From contig JAGCNJ010000040.1 of the NCBI GenBank assembly GCA_017646005.1, forward strand, positions 1 through 51,534: DNA of 51,534 nt, written 5' to 3'. Positions 1 through 8,160 of the stretch are shown here, in pieces. A model generated the notes under the pieces. The model did not search any database. It was not told the origin of the DNA and worked only from the letters and a program-made list of their open reading frames with translations. Source of the stretch: Clostridia bacterium (lineage in GTDB: Bacteria > Bacillota > Clostridia > Oscillospirales > CAG-272). Position 1 is the first letter of the stretch. The number at the start of each line of letters is the position of its first letter. The position numbers and the translations under genes were made by a program.

Positions 1-438
1 TACATCTTCCTCTGTAAGCGGATCTGCGCACTCATAGCGATAAACCTTTGATACGTGTCTTTTTGGAGAAAGCACGCGATGCGCGCCCTCTCCGTCATTG
101 GTTAGTATAATAAGTCCGAGCGTATTTTTATCAAGCCTTCCGCACGGAAATAACCCCAGCCTCTGATATTTTTCAGGCAAAAGCTCAAGCACCGTTTTTT
201 CGCGCGCATCATCGGTCGCCGAAACATATCCGTCAGGCTTATTTAACATTACGTAGACAAAGCGCTTATAGGTAAGCACCTCACCACGGAACACGAGTTC
301 ATCCTTTTCAGGGTCAATATGCACGTCCGGCTTTTTTATTACAACGCCGTTGACAAGTATCTCGCCGCGCTTGGCGGCCTTTGCGGCCTCACTTCTGCTT
401 GCCGCGCCAACGGTTGTAAGGAATTTGTCTATTCTCAT
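1..438 (-). CDS. rsuA: rRNA pseudouridine synthase, RsuA family (runs off the left edge of the window)
   Basis: Not in the ORF track. Manual translation from ATG at 438 gives MRIDKFL (S4 domain)...MLNKPDGYVSAT...FPCGRLDKNTLGLIILTNDG, the RsuA/RluB GRLD catalytic motif. Confidence 0.88.
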   Translation of the reverse strand, partial: MRIDKFLTTVGAASRSEAAKAAKRGEILVNGVVIKKPDVHIDPEKDELVFRGEVLTYKRFVYVMLNKPDGYVSATDDAREKTVLELLPEKYQRLGLFPCGRLDKNTLGLIILTNDGEGAHRVLSPKRHVSKVYRYECADPLTEEDV

Positions 439-453
439 AACACTACTCTTTTA

Positions 454-561
454 TTAAAATCTTACAAGCTCAACGATTATAAATCCCGCTATGACAGCCA
501 TTACCGAAAACACAACGAGAGAAATACAAAACGCGCTTTTGAAATCACTTTTCTTTTTCAA
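454..561 (-). CDS. Putative 35-aa single-pass membrane protein
   Basis: AAGGAG SD a few nt before TTG at 561. Translation MKKKSDFKSAFCISLVVFSVMAVIAGFIIVELVRF* has a basic N-terminus and one hydrophobic helix. Stop lies 15 nt before the rsuA ATG. Confidence 0.6.
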   Translation of the reverse strand: MKKKSDFKSAFCISLVVFSVMAVIAGFIIVELVRF

Positions 562-624
562 AACTATCTCCTTGTCAAAACGGATATATGCATATTATAC
601 CCATTATGTAAGTCAAAAACGCTT

Positions 625-1989
625 TTATCCGAGCAGATTATGTATCTTTTCAATCTTTTTGAATATCGCTCGCACAAAGCCGTCGGCATCTGCGCCTCCC
701 GAATCGATATCGGTAAATACTATCGCAATATACGGTCTTTCTCCGTACACTATAGCCGCATCGTGATACGCGTCTATATCCCATCCGTATTTATGTGCAA
801 CAATGTCACGACCGAGCGCCGACGCAGACAATACCAGATGTGCCGAATCGCTCATACACTCTCTCATAAACGCACCGTATTCATCGTCACGCAGAGTAAA
901 ATAGTATATATTCTTGAAGAATTCTCCCGCCTCGTTTACGCTCATATGCATATAATTAGAAAGCGGTGAGCGAAGTCCTAATTTGCGCGTGTAATCAAAA
1001 TAAAACTTATTTGTAAAACGATCCTTTACAAGCGCGAATGCTATATTATCGCTGTTCTTCAGAGAAAGCGCAAGAAGCTCTTTGTAGGTATACTCGCTTC
1101 CGTCTTCGGCATCCTTGAGCACGCCGGATCCGGGCTCATCCATAGTTTCGTGGTCAAGTACAACCTTCTGTTCAAGATCGAACAACTCTGCAAGATACTC
1201 GGGCGTGTACTTTTCTTTATCCTTTTCGGCTATTTCGAGCTCTCCCGATTCATATTCGGCAAGTGCCTGAAGGATCGCGGTTACGTACGGCGCTTTCATA
1301 ACGCTTGCACTGTCAAACACCTCGTCCCCGTTATAAGCATACTTAAATCCGCTTAAAATATCCTCATAATAGACCGCAACTCTGGGCGCGCGTGCACCTG
1401 CGGGTGTTACTATCTCATCAAGAGTAAGACTGTCGTTATATGCTTGACCAAGTGCATTTTTACCGTCTACTATATATTTATCTGCCTTATACCATCTGTG
1501 GTCGGCTATTTTTTCGTCCTTATCCTTCTTGTCTTTTTCAAGCTCCTCAAGCTCTTTTTCGCTGAGCGGTACACGGACGAGCGGCGAATTTTTCTTTATA
1601 TAATCTTCAAGCTCCTTTGCCGCAGCATGAAACACACCGAGATCGACCGTCTTTTTCTTTTCCTGTCTTTCAGTCATCTCATATATCTCCTGCCTTGTCT
1701 TTTCTATCTGCTCGAGCTTATTTTCGCTTTCTGTGACAAGCTCCGTATAATGAGTCCGGAAATGCTCCTCCATATTATCAAGACTTGCTTTAAGACTTTT
1801 GTTTTCACGCTCTTTTTCCTCAAGCTTATTTTCAAGCCCGGTTATTTCATAGTCAAGCTTCTTAGTAAGCTCTTCGCTCAAAGCCAAGGCTTCCTTGTTT
1901 CTGACAAGCCCTGCGGCAAAGACCAGTGAAAGCGACAAAAAAATTACAATAAGCACTATGCTTACAATTAAAAACCATTTTTTATTCAT
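625..1989 (-). CDS. Membrane-anchored serine hydrolase of the class A beta-lactamase-like family with an N-terminal coiled coil
   Basis: N-terminal TM/signal segment and a Glu/Lys-rich coiled coil. Motifs SASVMK (SxxK), SDN and HKYG (KTG-like), followed by HDAAIV. Confidence 0.8.
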   Translation of the reverse strand: MNKKWFLIVSIVLIVIFLSLSLVFAAGLVRNKEALALSEELTKKLDYEITGLENKLEEKERENKSLKASLDNMEEHFRTHYTELVTESENKLEQIEKTRQEIYEMTERQEKKKTVDLGVFHAAAKELEDYIKKNSPLVRVPLSEKELEELEKDKKDKDEKIADHRWYKADKYIVDGKNALGQAYNDSLTLDEIVTPAGARAPRVAVYYEDILSGFKYAYNGDEVFDSASVMKAPYVTAILQALAEYESGELEIAEKDKEKYTPEYLAELFDLEQKVVLDHETMDEPGSGVLKDAEDGSEYTYKELLALSLKNSDNIAFALVKDRFTNKFYFDYTRKLGLRSPLSNYMHMSVNEAGEFFKNIYYFTLRDDEYGAFMRECMSDSAHLVLSASALGRDIVAHKYGWDIDAYHDAAIVYGERPYIAIVFTDIDSGGADADGFVRAIFKKIEKIHNLLG

Positions 1990-1998
1990 TATTCTTCC

Positions 1999-2841
1999 TT
2001 ATAGCCATGCTTCCGTGTGACGTGCAACGTGGCAGTTTATATTTACGGCAACGGGCAAACCCGCTATATGTGTCGGATAAGTCTCGATATGCACGGCAAG
2101 CGCGGTAGTATCGCCGCCAAAGCCCTGCGGACCTATTCCGAGTGTGTTTATTTCATCAAGCATCTTTTTTTCAAGCTCTGCAAAACGAGCGTCAGTATTG
2201 CCTGATCCGATCTCCCTTGCAAGCGCACGCTTTGCAAGCAGGGGCGCGTATTCGAAGGTGCCGCCGATACCTACGCCCACAACTATCGGCGGGCAGGGAT
2301 TGCTGCCGGCAACTTTTACCGTTTCCTTTACAAATTCGATTATATCACTTTCGCTTGCGGAAGGATTGAACATTTTTATCTTACTCATATTCTCGCTTCC
2401 AAAGCCCTTTGGAGCGGCAGTAAGATGCAATTTATCCCCCGGTACAAGTCTTATATGTATAACAGCCGGTGTGTTATCGTTTGTGTTTACACGCTCGTAT
2501 ATCGGATATTTCACCACAGATTTGCGTAAATATCCGTTTGTATACGCGAGTTTTACACCTTCGTTGACAGCACGCTCAAAATCTCCGTTTATATGCAAAT
2601 CACATCCGATATCGGCAAAAAGCACCGCCATACCCGTATCCTGACAGATAGGCACCTCAAGCTCCTTTGCCGCCGATATATTATCTTCAATAGTTTCAAG
2701 TATACTCCTTGCAAGCGGATCACGCTCACATTTTGCGCATCTTTTAATTGTCGCCTCGGTCTCATCCGAAAGCTTATAGTTTGCGCTTATAAACAGCTTT
2801 TCAACTGCTTCGACTATATCCTTTTCGCTTATCTCCCTCAT
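1999..2841 (-). CDS. Class I Fe-S fumarate hydratase / tartrate dehydratase alpha subunit
   Basis: PICQDTG, GYLRKSVV, KGFGSENMS, NPCPP..VGVGIGG and CHVARH motifs. Confidence 0.93.
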   Translation of the reverse strand: MREISEKDIVEAVEKLFISANYKLSDETEATIKRCAKCERDPLARSILETIEDNISAAKELEVPICQDTGMAVLFADIGCDLHINGDFERAVNEGVKLAYTNGYLRKSVVKYPIYERVNTNDNTPAVIHIRLVPGDKLHLTAAPKGFGSENMSKIKMFNPSASESDIIEFVKETVKVAGSNPCPPIVVGVGIGGTFEYAPLLAKRALAREIGSGNTDARFAELEKKMLDEINTLGIGPQGFGGDTTALAVHIETYPTHIAGLPVAVNINCHVARHTEAWL

Positions 2842-2865
2842 ATTTTGTTTCCTTTCATATTCACT

Positions 2866-2913
2866 AATAAAATTACTGTATACGCGCGCTCAAAGCCCAC
2901 GTATACAGTAATT
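2866..2913 (-). terminator. Probable intrinsic terminator after divIC
   Basis: 14-bp inverted repeat aattactgtatacg (2871-2884) / cgtatacagtaatt (2900-2913), followed by a T-rich tract on the minus strand. Confidence 0.55.
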
Positions 2914-2920
2914 ACAGTTC

Positions 2921-3220
2921 TTATTGCTCGAGATCATTGTAAAATATAATTTCCTCTGGGAGACAATAATTGAGCTTTTCTTTTGCTACGCTGATTATGT
3001 ATTCGTCGTCAAACGGAGCTTCAAGCTTGTTCTCCAGTTCTTCGACACGCTCTGAGTAATAATCAATTTTTCCCTGTATTTCAGACTGCTGTGACATCTG
3101 ATTTGAGTATTCGATTCCGAAGCCGATATTTCTCACGATGCAAAAAAGCACGACCACAGCTATCGCAAGCTTAGCCGGAAGGCTTAATTTTCTTATTCCT
3201 TGCTTTCTTTCTTCGCTCAT
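2921..3220 (-). CDS. divIC: Septum formation initiator DivIC/FtsB family
   Basis: TM helix, coiled coil and YIISVAKEKLNYCLPEE (cf. YIExxARxxLG..PxE). Lies after yabQ. Confidence 0.85.
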   Translation of the reverse strand: MSEERKQGIRKLSLPAKLAIAVVVLFCIVRNIGFGIEYSNQMSQQSEIQGKIDYYSERVEELENKLEAPFDDEYIISVAKEKLNYCLPEEIIFYNDLEQ

Positions 3221-3899
3221 TACCGACTCTCCTTTCCTTTAACTTCAAATCATCCTGCCCCGACCTTGCCAAAGCGGATTTTTCAAAAGCGAAAAATCCT
3301 CTTTGCGCTGATAGAAGAAGCCTTTCGGATTCTTTTTTGTCGGCATAGCGTATACGCTTAAGTTTAAGCCTGTTAACAGGCACCGATATTGCCTTTGCAA
3401 TTATGATAAGTATTGGTTTTGCGATCTTGTAAAAGGTAAAAAACAGGGCAAGGCGGATCAGTGATACTGCCATGCCTGATATCGCCGCACTTAATTTTGC
3501 TACGGTAAAATAATATGCTGTAAAGCCTGCCGCGGCGCCGAGGTATATATACAGCCGTAGCTGACCGAAATTCAACTGAAACAAAAATACCGTGAAGAAC
3601 AGCGAAGATATAATAAAAAACAGTATATCCTCAAAAAATATAAGAACAGTTACTGTTTTCTCCTTTATATGCCCAAGTTTGGAGAGCAAAATCTTTGTTT
3701 GCTCATTTCTTTCGGGAATGATACCTCTGATTATTCCTTCAATACGATTATCACCTGCGTTCATTTTTCCGATTCCGTTTCCGAAGACAAGAACTCTCGA
3801 TATCCTGAAAATATCGTACAGCACTCCGAAAAACAAGCCTATGATAAACGAATATGTCAGAATCATGAGCTGGTCGCTCTGGGAAACATAAAAAGCCAT
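3171..3899 (-). CDS. yabQ: Spore cortex biosynthesis protein YabQ
   Basis: GLFFGVLYDIFR, EDILFF and NFGQLRLY motifs; lies between yabP and divIC. Confidence 0.85.
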   Translation of the reverse strand: MAFYVSQSDQLMILTYSFIIGLFFGVLYDIFRISRVLVFGNGIGKMNAGDNRIEGIIRGIIPERNEQTKILLSKLGHIKEKTVTVLIFFEDILFFIISSLFFTVFLFQLNFGQLRLYIYLGAAAGFTAYYFTVAKLSAAISGMAVSLIRLALFFTFYKIAKPILIIIAKAISVPVNRLKLKRIRYADKKESERLLLSAQRGFFAFEKSALARSGQDDLKLKERRVGNERRKKARNKKIKPSG

Positions 3900-3900
3900 A

Positions 3901-4167
3901 TTATCCGTGCTTTTTCCTCGAGCGTTTGTTCTGATCCTTATCGGTATAATACAAAAGATCGATATGCCCCGTCATTTCAAGTATCTTGCCCGACACGTCG
4001 AGCTTTACTATATGAAGTGAGCTTCCCTCAATATTGAGTATACCCATGCAAGAGCATATCGCGATAGCGGTATCATCAAAGCCTATTACGTCCTCAACTC
4101 CGCTGATGCGAAGTCTTGCTCTGCCGTCCATTTTTATTTCGTGTACATTATTTTCGGTCTGTTCCAT
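3901..4167 (-). CDS. yabP: Sporulation protein YabP
   Basis: HEIKMDGRARLRISGVEDVIGFDD...GILNIEGSSLHI...GHIDLLYY, plus synteny. Confidence 0.9.
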   Translation of the reverse strand: MEQTENNVHEIKMDGRARLRISGVEDVIGFDDTAIAICSCMGILNIEGSSLHIVKLDVSGKILEMTGHIDLLYYTDKDQNKRSRKKHG

Positions 4168-4196
4168 CTCTCTGCTCCCTTCGCTTTCTCATATAT

Positions 4197-4223
4197 AATA
4201 TATGAAAAAAGGAAGCCAAGTAT
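4197..4223 (-). promoter_or_regulatory. Putative sigmaE (mother-cell) promoter of yabP-yabQ
   Basis: Minus strand reads ATA-16 nt-CATATATT, matching the sigmaE consensus ATA-N16-18-CATAcanT. yabPQ is sigmaE-dependent in Bacillus subtilis. Confidence 0.55.
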
Positions 4224-4468
4224 TACTGAGAAAGAACCTCATACAAAGAGGATGCGTCGCTTTTCGCGACCGTTTCACGCACATCGAGAACACGAATCCG
4301 GAGAGTTTTCTCTCCGAATCGTATCTCAATTATGTCATTCTCTTTTACATCGTATGATGCTTTAGCACGCTTGCCGTTTACGCTCACGTGCTCGGTATCG
4401 CACGCATCGTTTGCGACTGTTCGCCGCTTGATTATGCGCGAGACCTTGAGAAATTTATCAAGGCGCAT
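4223..4468 (-). CDS. yabO: S4-domain RNA-binding protein YabO (RqcP/Hsp15 family)
   Basis: MRLDKFLKVSRIIKRRTVANDAC...VNGKRAKAS, plus synteny. Confidence 0.93.
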   Translation of the reverse strand: MRLDKFLKVSRIIKRRTVANDACDTEHVSVNGKRAKASYDVKENDIIEIRFGEKTLRIRVLDVRETVAKSDASSLYEVLSQ

Positions 4469-4472
4469 TAAA

Positions 4473-4748
4473 TTACTTGTTTACCTTTGCCTTGAGAGAA
4501 GAACCTGCAGAGAAGGAAACGTTCTTGGATGCAGGAATTGTCATAGCTGCGCCTGTCTGGGGGTTACGGCCCTGACGAGCTTCTCTGGACTTAACGCCGA
4601 ATGTACCAAAGCCAACGAGCTGTACCTTATCGCCCTTAGCGAGTGCGCTCTCGATAGCTGCGAATACTGCGTTAACTGCCTTTTCGCTATCTGTCTTCTT
4701 CATTCCTGCTGCTTCTGCAACTGCTTCGATTAACTGTGTCTTGTTCAT
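4473..4748 (-). CDS. hup: DNA-binding protein HU
   Basis: MNKTQLI...VQLVGFGTF...GRNPQTG. True start taken as ATG 4748 (SD gaaagg upstream), not 4805. Confidence 0.96.
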   Translation of the reverse strand: MNKTQLIEAVAEAAGMKKTDSEKAVNAVFAAIESALAKGDKVQLVGFGTFGVKSREARQGRNPQTGAAMTIPASKNVSFSAGSSLKAKVNK

Positions 4749-4820
4749 GTCATAAAACCTTTCTTTTCTTTTATTTTTTGATTTGATATGCCGGATACCA
4801 AACACAATATCGGTAACTAT

Positions 4821-4849
4821 ATTATATCATCAATTTCGCCCAATATCAA
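4821..4849 (-). promoter_or_regulatory. sigmaA promoter of hup
   Basis: TTGATA-17 nt-TATAAT with an extended TG. Confidence 0.7.
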
Positions 4850-4899
4850 GGGGATTTTTCAACTTTTTTTGCTTTTTTGACAGATTTTCAGTATATTTT

Positions 4900-5568
4900 T
4901 CATATTTTTTTGATATTTTTTATTTCATCGGTGCATTTTTGCTCTAAAAGCTCTTCAAGATCAATGCCTTTTTTGTTCGCGCTCTTGCAGATTTTCATCA
5001 AAATCTCGGCATATTCAGCCTTATCAAGAGCGTCCAAGCCGGCATCATCCTCACACAGTACAAGCCCGTTTTTTTCCGCCTTTTTATTTATCTTCTGCGC
5101 ACGCATAAGCGACGGAAGAGTTTTCGGCACACTTTCAAGCACGTCACCTACATTCTTCTGCCCCTTTTCAATTTTCTTTATAGCGTCCCAATTATCACTC
5201 ACGCCCTCAGGAGTGTTGATTGAAAGCTCTCCGAATACGTGAGGATGTCTGAAGATAAGCTTTTTACATATACCCGACACGACGTCGTTTATATCAAAGC
5301 TTCCCTTTTCCTTTTCCATCTGGGTATGGAACACCACCTGCAGCATAACGTCACCAAGCTCCTCGCAAAGATGCACTGCATTTTCCTCGTCTATTGCCTC
5401 GCATACCTCATACGCCTCTTCAATAAAATTCTTGCGTATGCTTTTGTGATCCTGCTCTCTGTCCCATACACATCCTTGCGGCGATCGCAACAACGCCATT
5501 ATATCGCACAGATCGTCAAAGGTATAGCTGTTTTTGTTTTTAAGTCCTGCTTTTATATCTTCCATCAT
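4900..5568 (-). CDS. mazG: MazG-family nucleoside triphosphate pyrophosphohydrolase
   Basis: LRSPQGCVWDREQDH, EEAYEV, EELGDVMLQVVFH and KLIFRHPHVF. The second domain is shortened. Confidence 0.92.
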   Translation of the reverse strand: MMEDIKAGLKNKNSYTFDDLCDIMALLRSPQGCVWDREQDHKSIRKNFIEEAYEVCEAIDEENAVHLCEELGDVMLQVVFHTQMEKEKGSFDINDVVSGICKKLIFRHPHVFGELSINTPEGVSDNWDAIKKIEKGQKNVGDVLESVPKTLPSLMRAQKINKKAEKNGLVLCEDDAGLDALDKAEYAEILMKICKSANKKGIDLEELLEQKCTDEIKNIKKI

Positions 5569-5575
5569 CCGATCC

Positions 5576-7186
5576 TTATTTTACCACTCTGAGTCTTTTG
5601 AATACCGAGTAAATCTTTTCCCCCTTGGGAAGTATCATAATATCGTCCTTGTCAAGACATTTCATAACAAGCACCGAGGCGAGATATACTATCGCCGCCG
5701 CTCCGATAGCCGCGACGGTTGCCACGGTATTTCCCGTAATATCAACCAGCACGTGGCTTGTGGCTATCGCAACAATACCGCAAAGTGCTCCTGCGACAAG
5801 CGGCTTTACGTACACGTTTAACATGCTCGGCACAACGCTTGTATATTTCGCTACAAAGTACATATTCATCACGACTATCGTCGCATAGCATAAAAACGTT
5901 CCGACAGGTGAGCCGTATTTGCCAAGCACAGGAATGAGAAGATAGCTCGAAACAAGCTTTACTGCAGAGCCTGCAAGCATTGATGAGATGGGCTTTTTCT
6001 CATAGCCGTAAGCCTGGAGTATCGCATTCGTTATTGCAAGCATACACACGAAGAACACCGAAGGGGCAAGCACGGTAAGCATACTTGCTCCGTTATCAAC
6101 AAGCTCACGCGCAAAAAACAGATCAAGTATCTGATAAGAAAGCACCGTCAGCCCCACCGCGCAGGGCATCGCTATAAGCGAGGTCAGCTTTATTGACGAA
6201 TGCATATACTTTTTCGCTTCGTCATATTCTCTTCTCGTCACCGCCGCGGTTATGAGCGGTACAACCGAATAGGTGATCGCATATATAAGCACGGGTGGGA
6301 GATTGAACATCGGCACAGCAAGAGAGGTATAGTTTCCGTATATCTTTATAGCATCGGCGTTTGAGTATCCGAATGCCATAAGTCTGTCGGTCATAACGAG
6401 CGTATCGAATATGTTCGTGAGACTCATCACCGACGAGCTTATAGTTATCGGCACGGCAAGCTTTATAAGTCTTGACGCTATTTTATGCGTGGGCAAAAGA
6501 TTTTCCTCTTCGCCATCAAGCCTTGAATATTCCGCGTCATATTTTTTATCGTTGAAGAAGAATTTTGTTCCGCACAAGAACAAAAATCCCGCAGCTATTC
6601 CTACGAAAATTCCAAGAAGCGCACAAGCTGCGACCTCGGAAATATCCATTCCGAGAGAAAGTGTATATTTTGCGATCGATATACCGATAAAAAGCTTACC
6701 GCAAGCCTCCATAACCTGCGATACAGCTGTCGGAAACATTATCTGATAGCCCTGAAAATATCCCCTGAGCGCGCTTGCAAGACAGCTGAAAAATAGCGAC
6801 GGTGCTATTGCCGCTATACATACAGCCGCTTCGGGTGCACGGATAAAGCCTGCGAGCTTATCCGCGCCTATTACCATTATCAGCGTGCCGACAAGTCCTA
6901 TCGCAAAGAAAAGCAAAAGCACCGTGCGAAGCACAATCTTTATCTGCTTTGCATTGGCACGCGCCCTGTATTCGCTGACCATCATAGACACAGCTACCGA
7001 AAGTCCCGCGGTCGTGAGCATATAGAACCACGCATATATCGTATACGCGGAATTGAAATAGCCCATACCGGTTTCGCCTATAAGATTGGTCAAGGGTATC
7101 TTGAACAAAAGCCCTACAGCCTTTATTACTATATTCGAAAATGTCAAAAGCAACATTCCCGAAAAGAATCTTTTCTGAGTGGACAT
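5576..7186 (-). CDS. SpoVB/YabM-type polysaccharide biosynthesis flippase (MOP/MurJ superfamily)
   Basis: Many TM helices; IPLTNLIGETGMGYF, LRGYFQG and PTAVSQVME; upstream of mazG, as yabM is. Confidence 0.88.
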   Translation of the reverse strand: MSTQKRFFSGMLLLTFSNIVIKAVGLLFKIPLTNLIGETGMGYFNSAYTIYAWFYMLTTAGLSVAVSMMVSEYRARANAKQIKIVLRTVLLLFFAIGLVGTLIMVIGADKLAGFIRAPEAAVCIAAIAPSLFFSCLASALRGYFQGYQIMFPTAVSQVMEACGKLFIGISIAKYTLSLGMDISEVAACALLGIFVGIAAGFLFLCGTKFFFNDKKYDAEYSRLDGEEENLLPTHKIASRLIKLAVPITISSSVMSLTNIFDTLVMTDRLMAFGYSNADAIKIYGNYTSLAVPMFNLPPVLIYAITYSVVPLITAAVTRREYDEAKKYMHSSIKLTSLIAMPCAVGLTVLSYQILDLFFARELVDNGASMLTVLAPSVFFVCMLAITNAILQAYGYEKKPISSMLAGSAVKLVSSYLLIPVLGKYGSPVGTFLCYATIVVMNMYFVAKYTSVVPSMLNVYVKPLVAGALCGIVAIATSHVLVDITGNTVATVAAIGAAAIVYLASVLVMKCLDKDDIMILPKGEKIYSVFKRLRVVK

Positions 7187-7231
7187 ACTGCCTCCAAAGC
7201 AATTTTTTCAAATGTTTCTTACATTATAAAA

Positions 7232-8119
7232 TTATATAAACTCGTAAAACAGGGATTTTTCGGGCAGCATTTCAACATCTATACTGTCTACCCGATCAAT
7301 GATATCCTTTAGTTCGCTGACACGTTTTGCGTGAATACTTTCTTTTCCTACCTGCACAAGCAAAGCAAGCAACGGTTTTTTGAGCGCACCAAGCTCGTAT
7401 CCCAGAAGCGAGTCAAGCTTATAGTCACACAAATCCTTATAAGGCAATATCGATCTGTCCTCATTTGAGCAGACGCTCTTCCATAAAGTGAGAGTAAATT
7501 CGGGCGTTGCTCCGCGCTTTTTACAGTCACGAACAAGCCTGCGCATCAGTCTTACGGTACGCGCGTCAACAGTTACGTTATCGAAATTTATATCCTGTGC
7601 CACACTAATATATATGCTGACCGTATCACTTTTATCAAAAAGAACGCTCACTTCCGGATAAACTGCCTGTATTCCCTCGAATAACGTGACACCGCCGGGC
7701 ACGGGAGAATAGGTATCAAAATGCGTTCTGTGACCCGAAGCAAAGTCGAAATGAGGTATCTCTACACTTTTCCCCTCTTCGATGCCGTCAACAACCGTCT
7801 TTAACAGCTCAAGGTCTATCGTTTCCACAGAATCATAGTCAAGCTCCGCCCTGCTGTCAAGGAAGTCCCGCTCATAGAAGAAATCGTCAATAGACACTAC
7901 CTTAACCTTATGTCCTGCCGCTTCAAGCGCATCTACTATAATATGCGCAGCCGTGGTCTTACCCGAACAGGTGGGACCGCTCAAGGTTATAAACTTAAGC
8001 GATTTGTTCTGCAAAAGCGATCTTACACACTCCGCCATATCGGCTTCAAAGCGCGCTTCGCACCTGTCAACGTATATTTTCTTTTCCCTTTCGCTTTCAA
8101 AGCGTGTTTTAATAAGCAA
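7232..8119 (-). CDS. Uridine/nucleoside kinase family protein
   Basis: Walker A GPTCSGKTT, SIDDFF, FEGIQ and RLMRRLVRD. Start moved to TTG 8119 because GGGGAG precedes it (track start 8146). Confidence 0.82.
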   Translation of the reverse strand: MLIKTRFESEREKKIYVDRCEARFEADMAECVRSLLQNKSLKFITLSGPTCSGKTTAAHIIVDALEAAGHKVKVVSIDDFFYERDFLDSRAELDYDSVETIDLELLKTVVDGIEEGKSVEIPHFDFASGHRTHFDTYSPVPGGVTLFEGIQAVYPEVSVLFDKSDTVSIYISVAQDINFDNVTVDARTVRLMRRLVRDCKKRGATPEFTLTLWKSVCSNEDRSILPYKDLCDYKLDSLLGYELGALKKPLLALLVQVGKESIHAKRVSELKDIIDRVDSIDVEMLPEKSLFYEFI

Positions 8120-8160
8120 AAATATCTCCCCCAAACGCTTGTGCATTGTGAGGATTTTCT

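Noticed and set aside
319-969. 216-aa plus-strand ORF and the many other short overlapping ORFs in the track
   Set aside because: They overlap well-supported genes on the opposite strand or in another frame and have no protein-like motifs.
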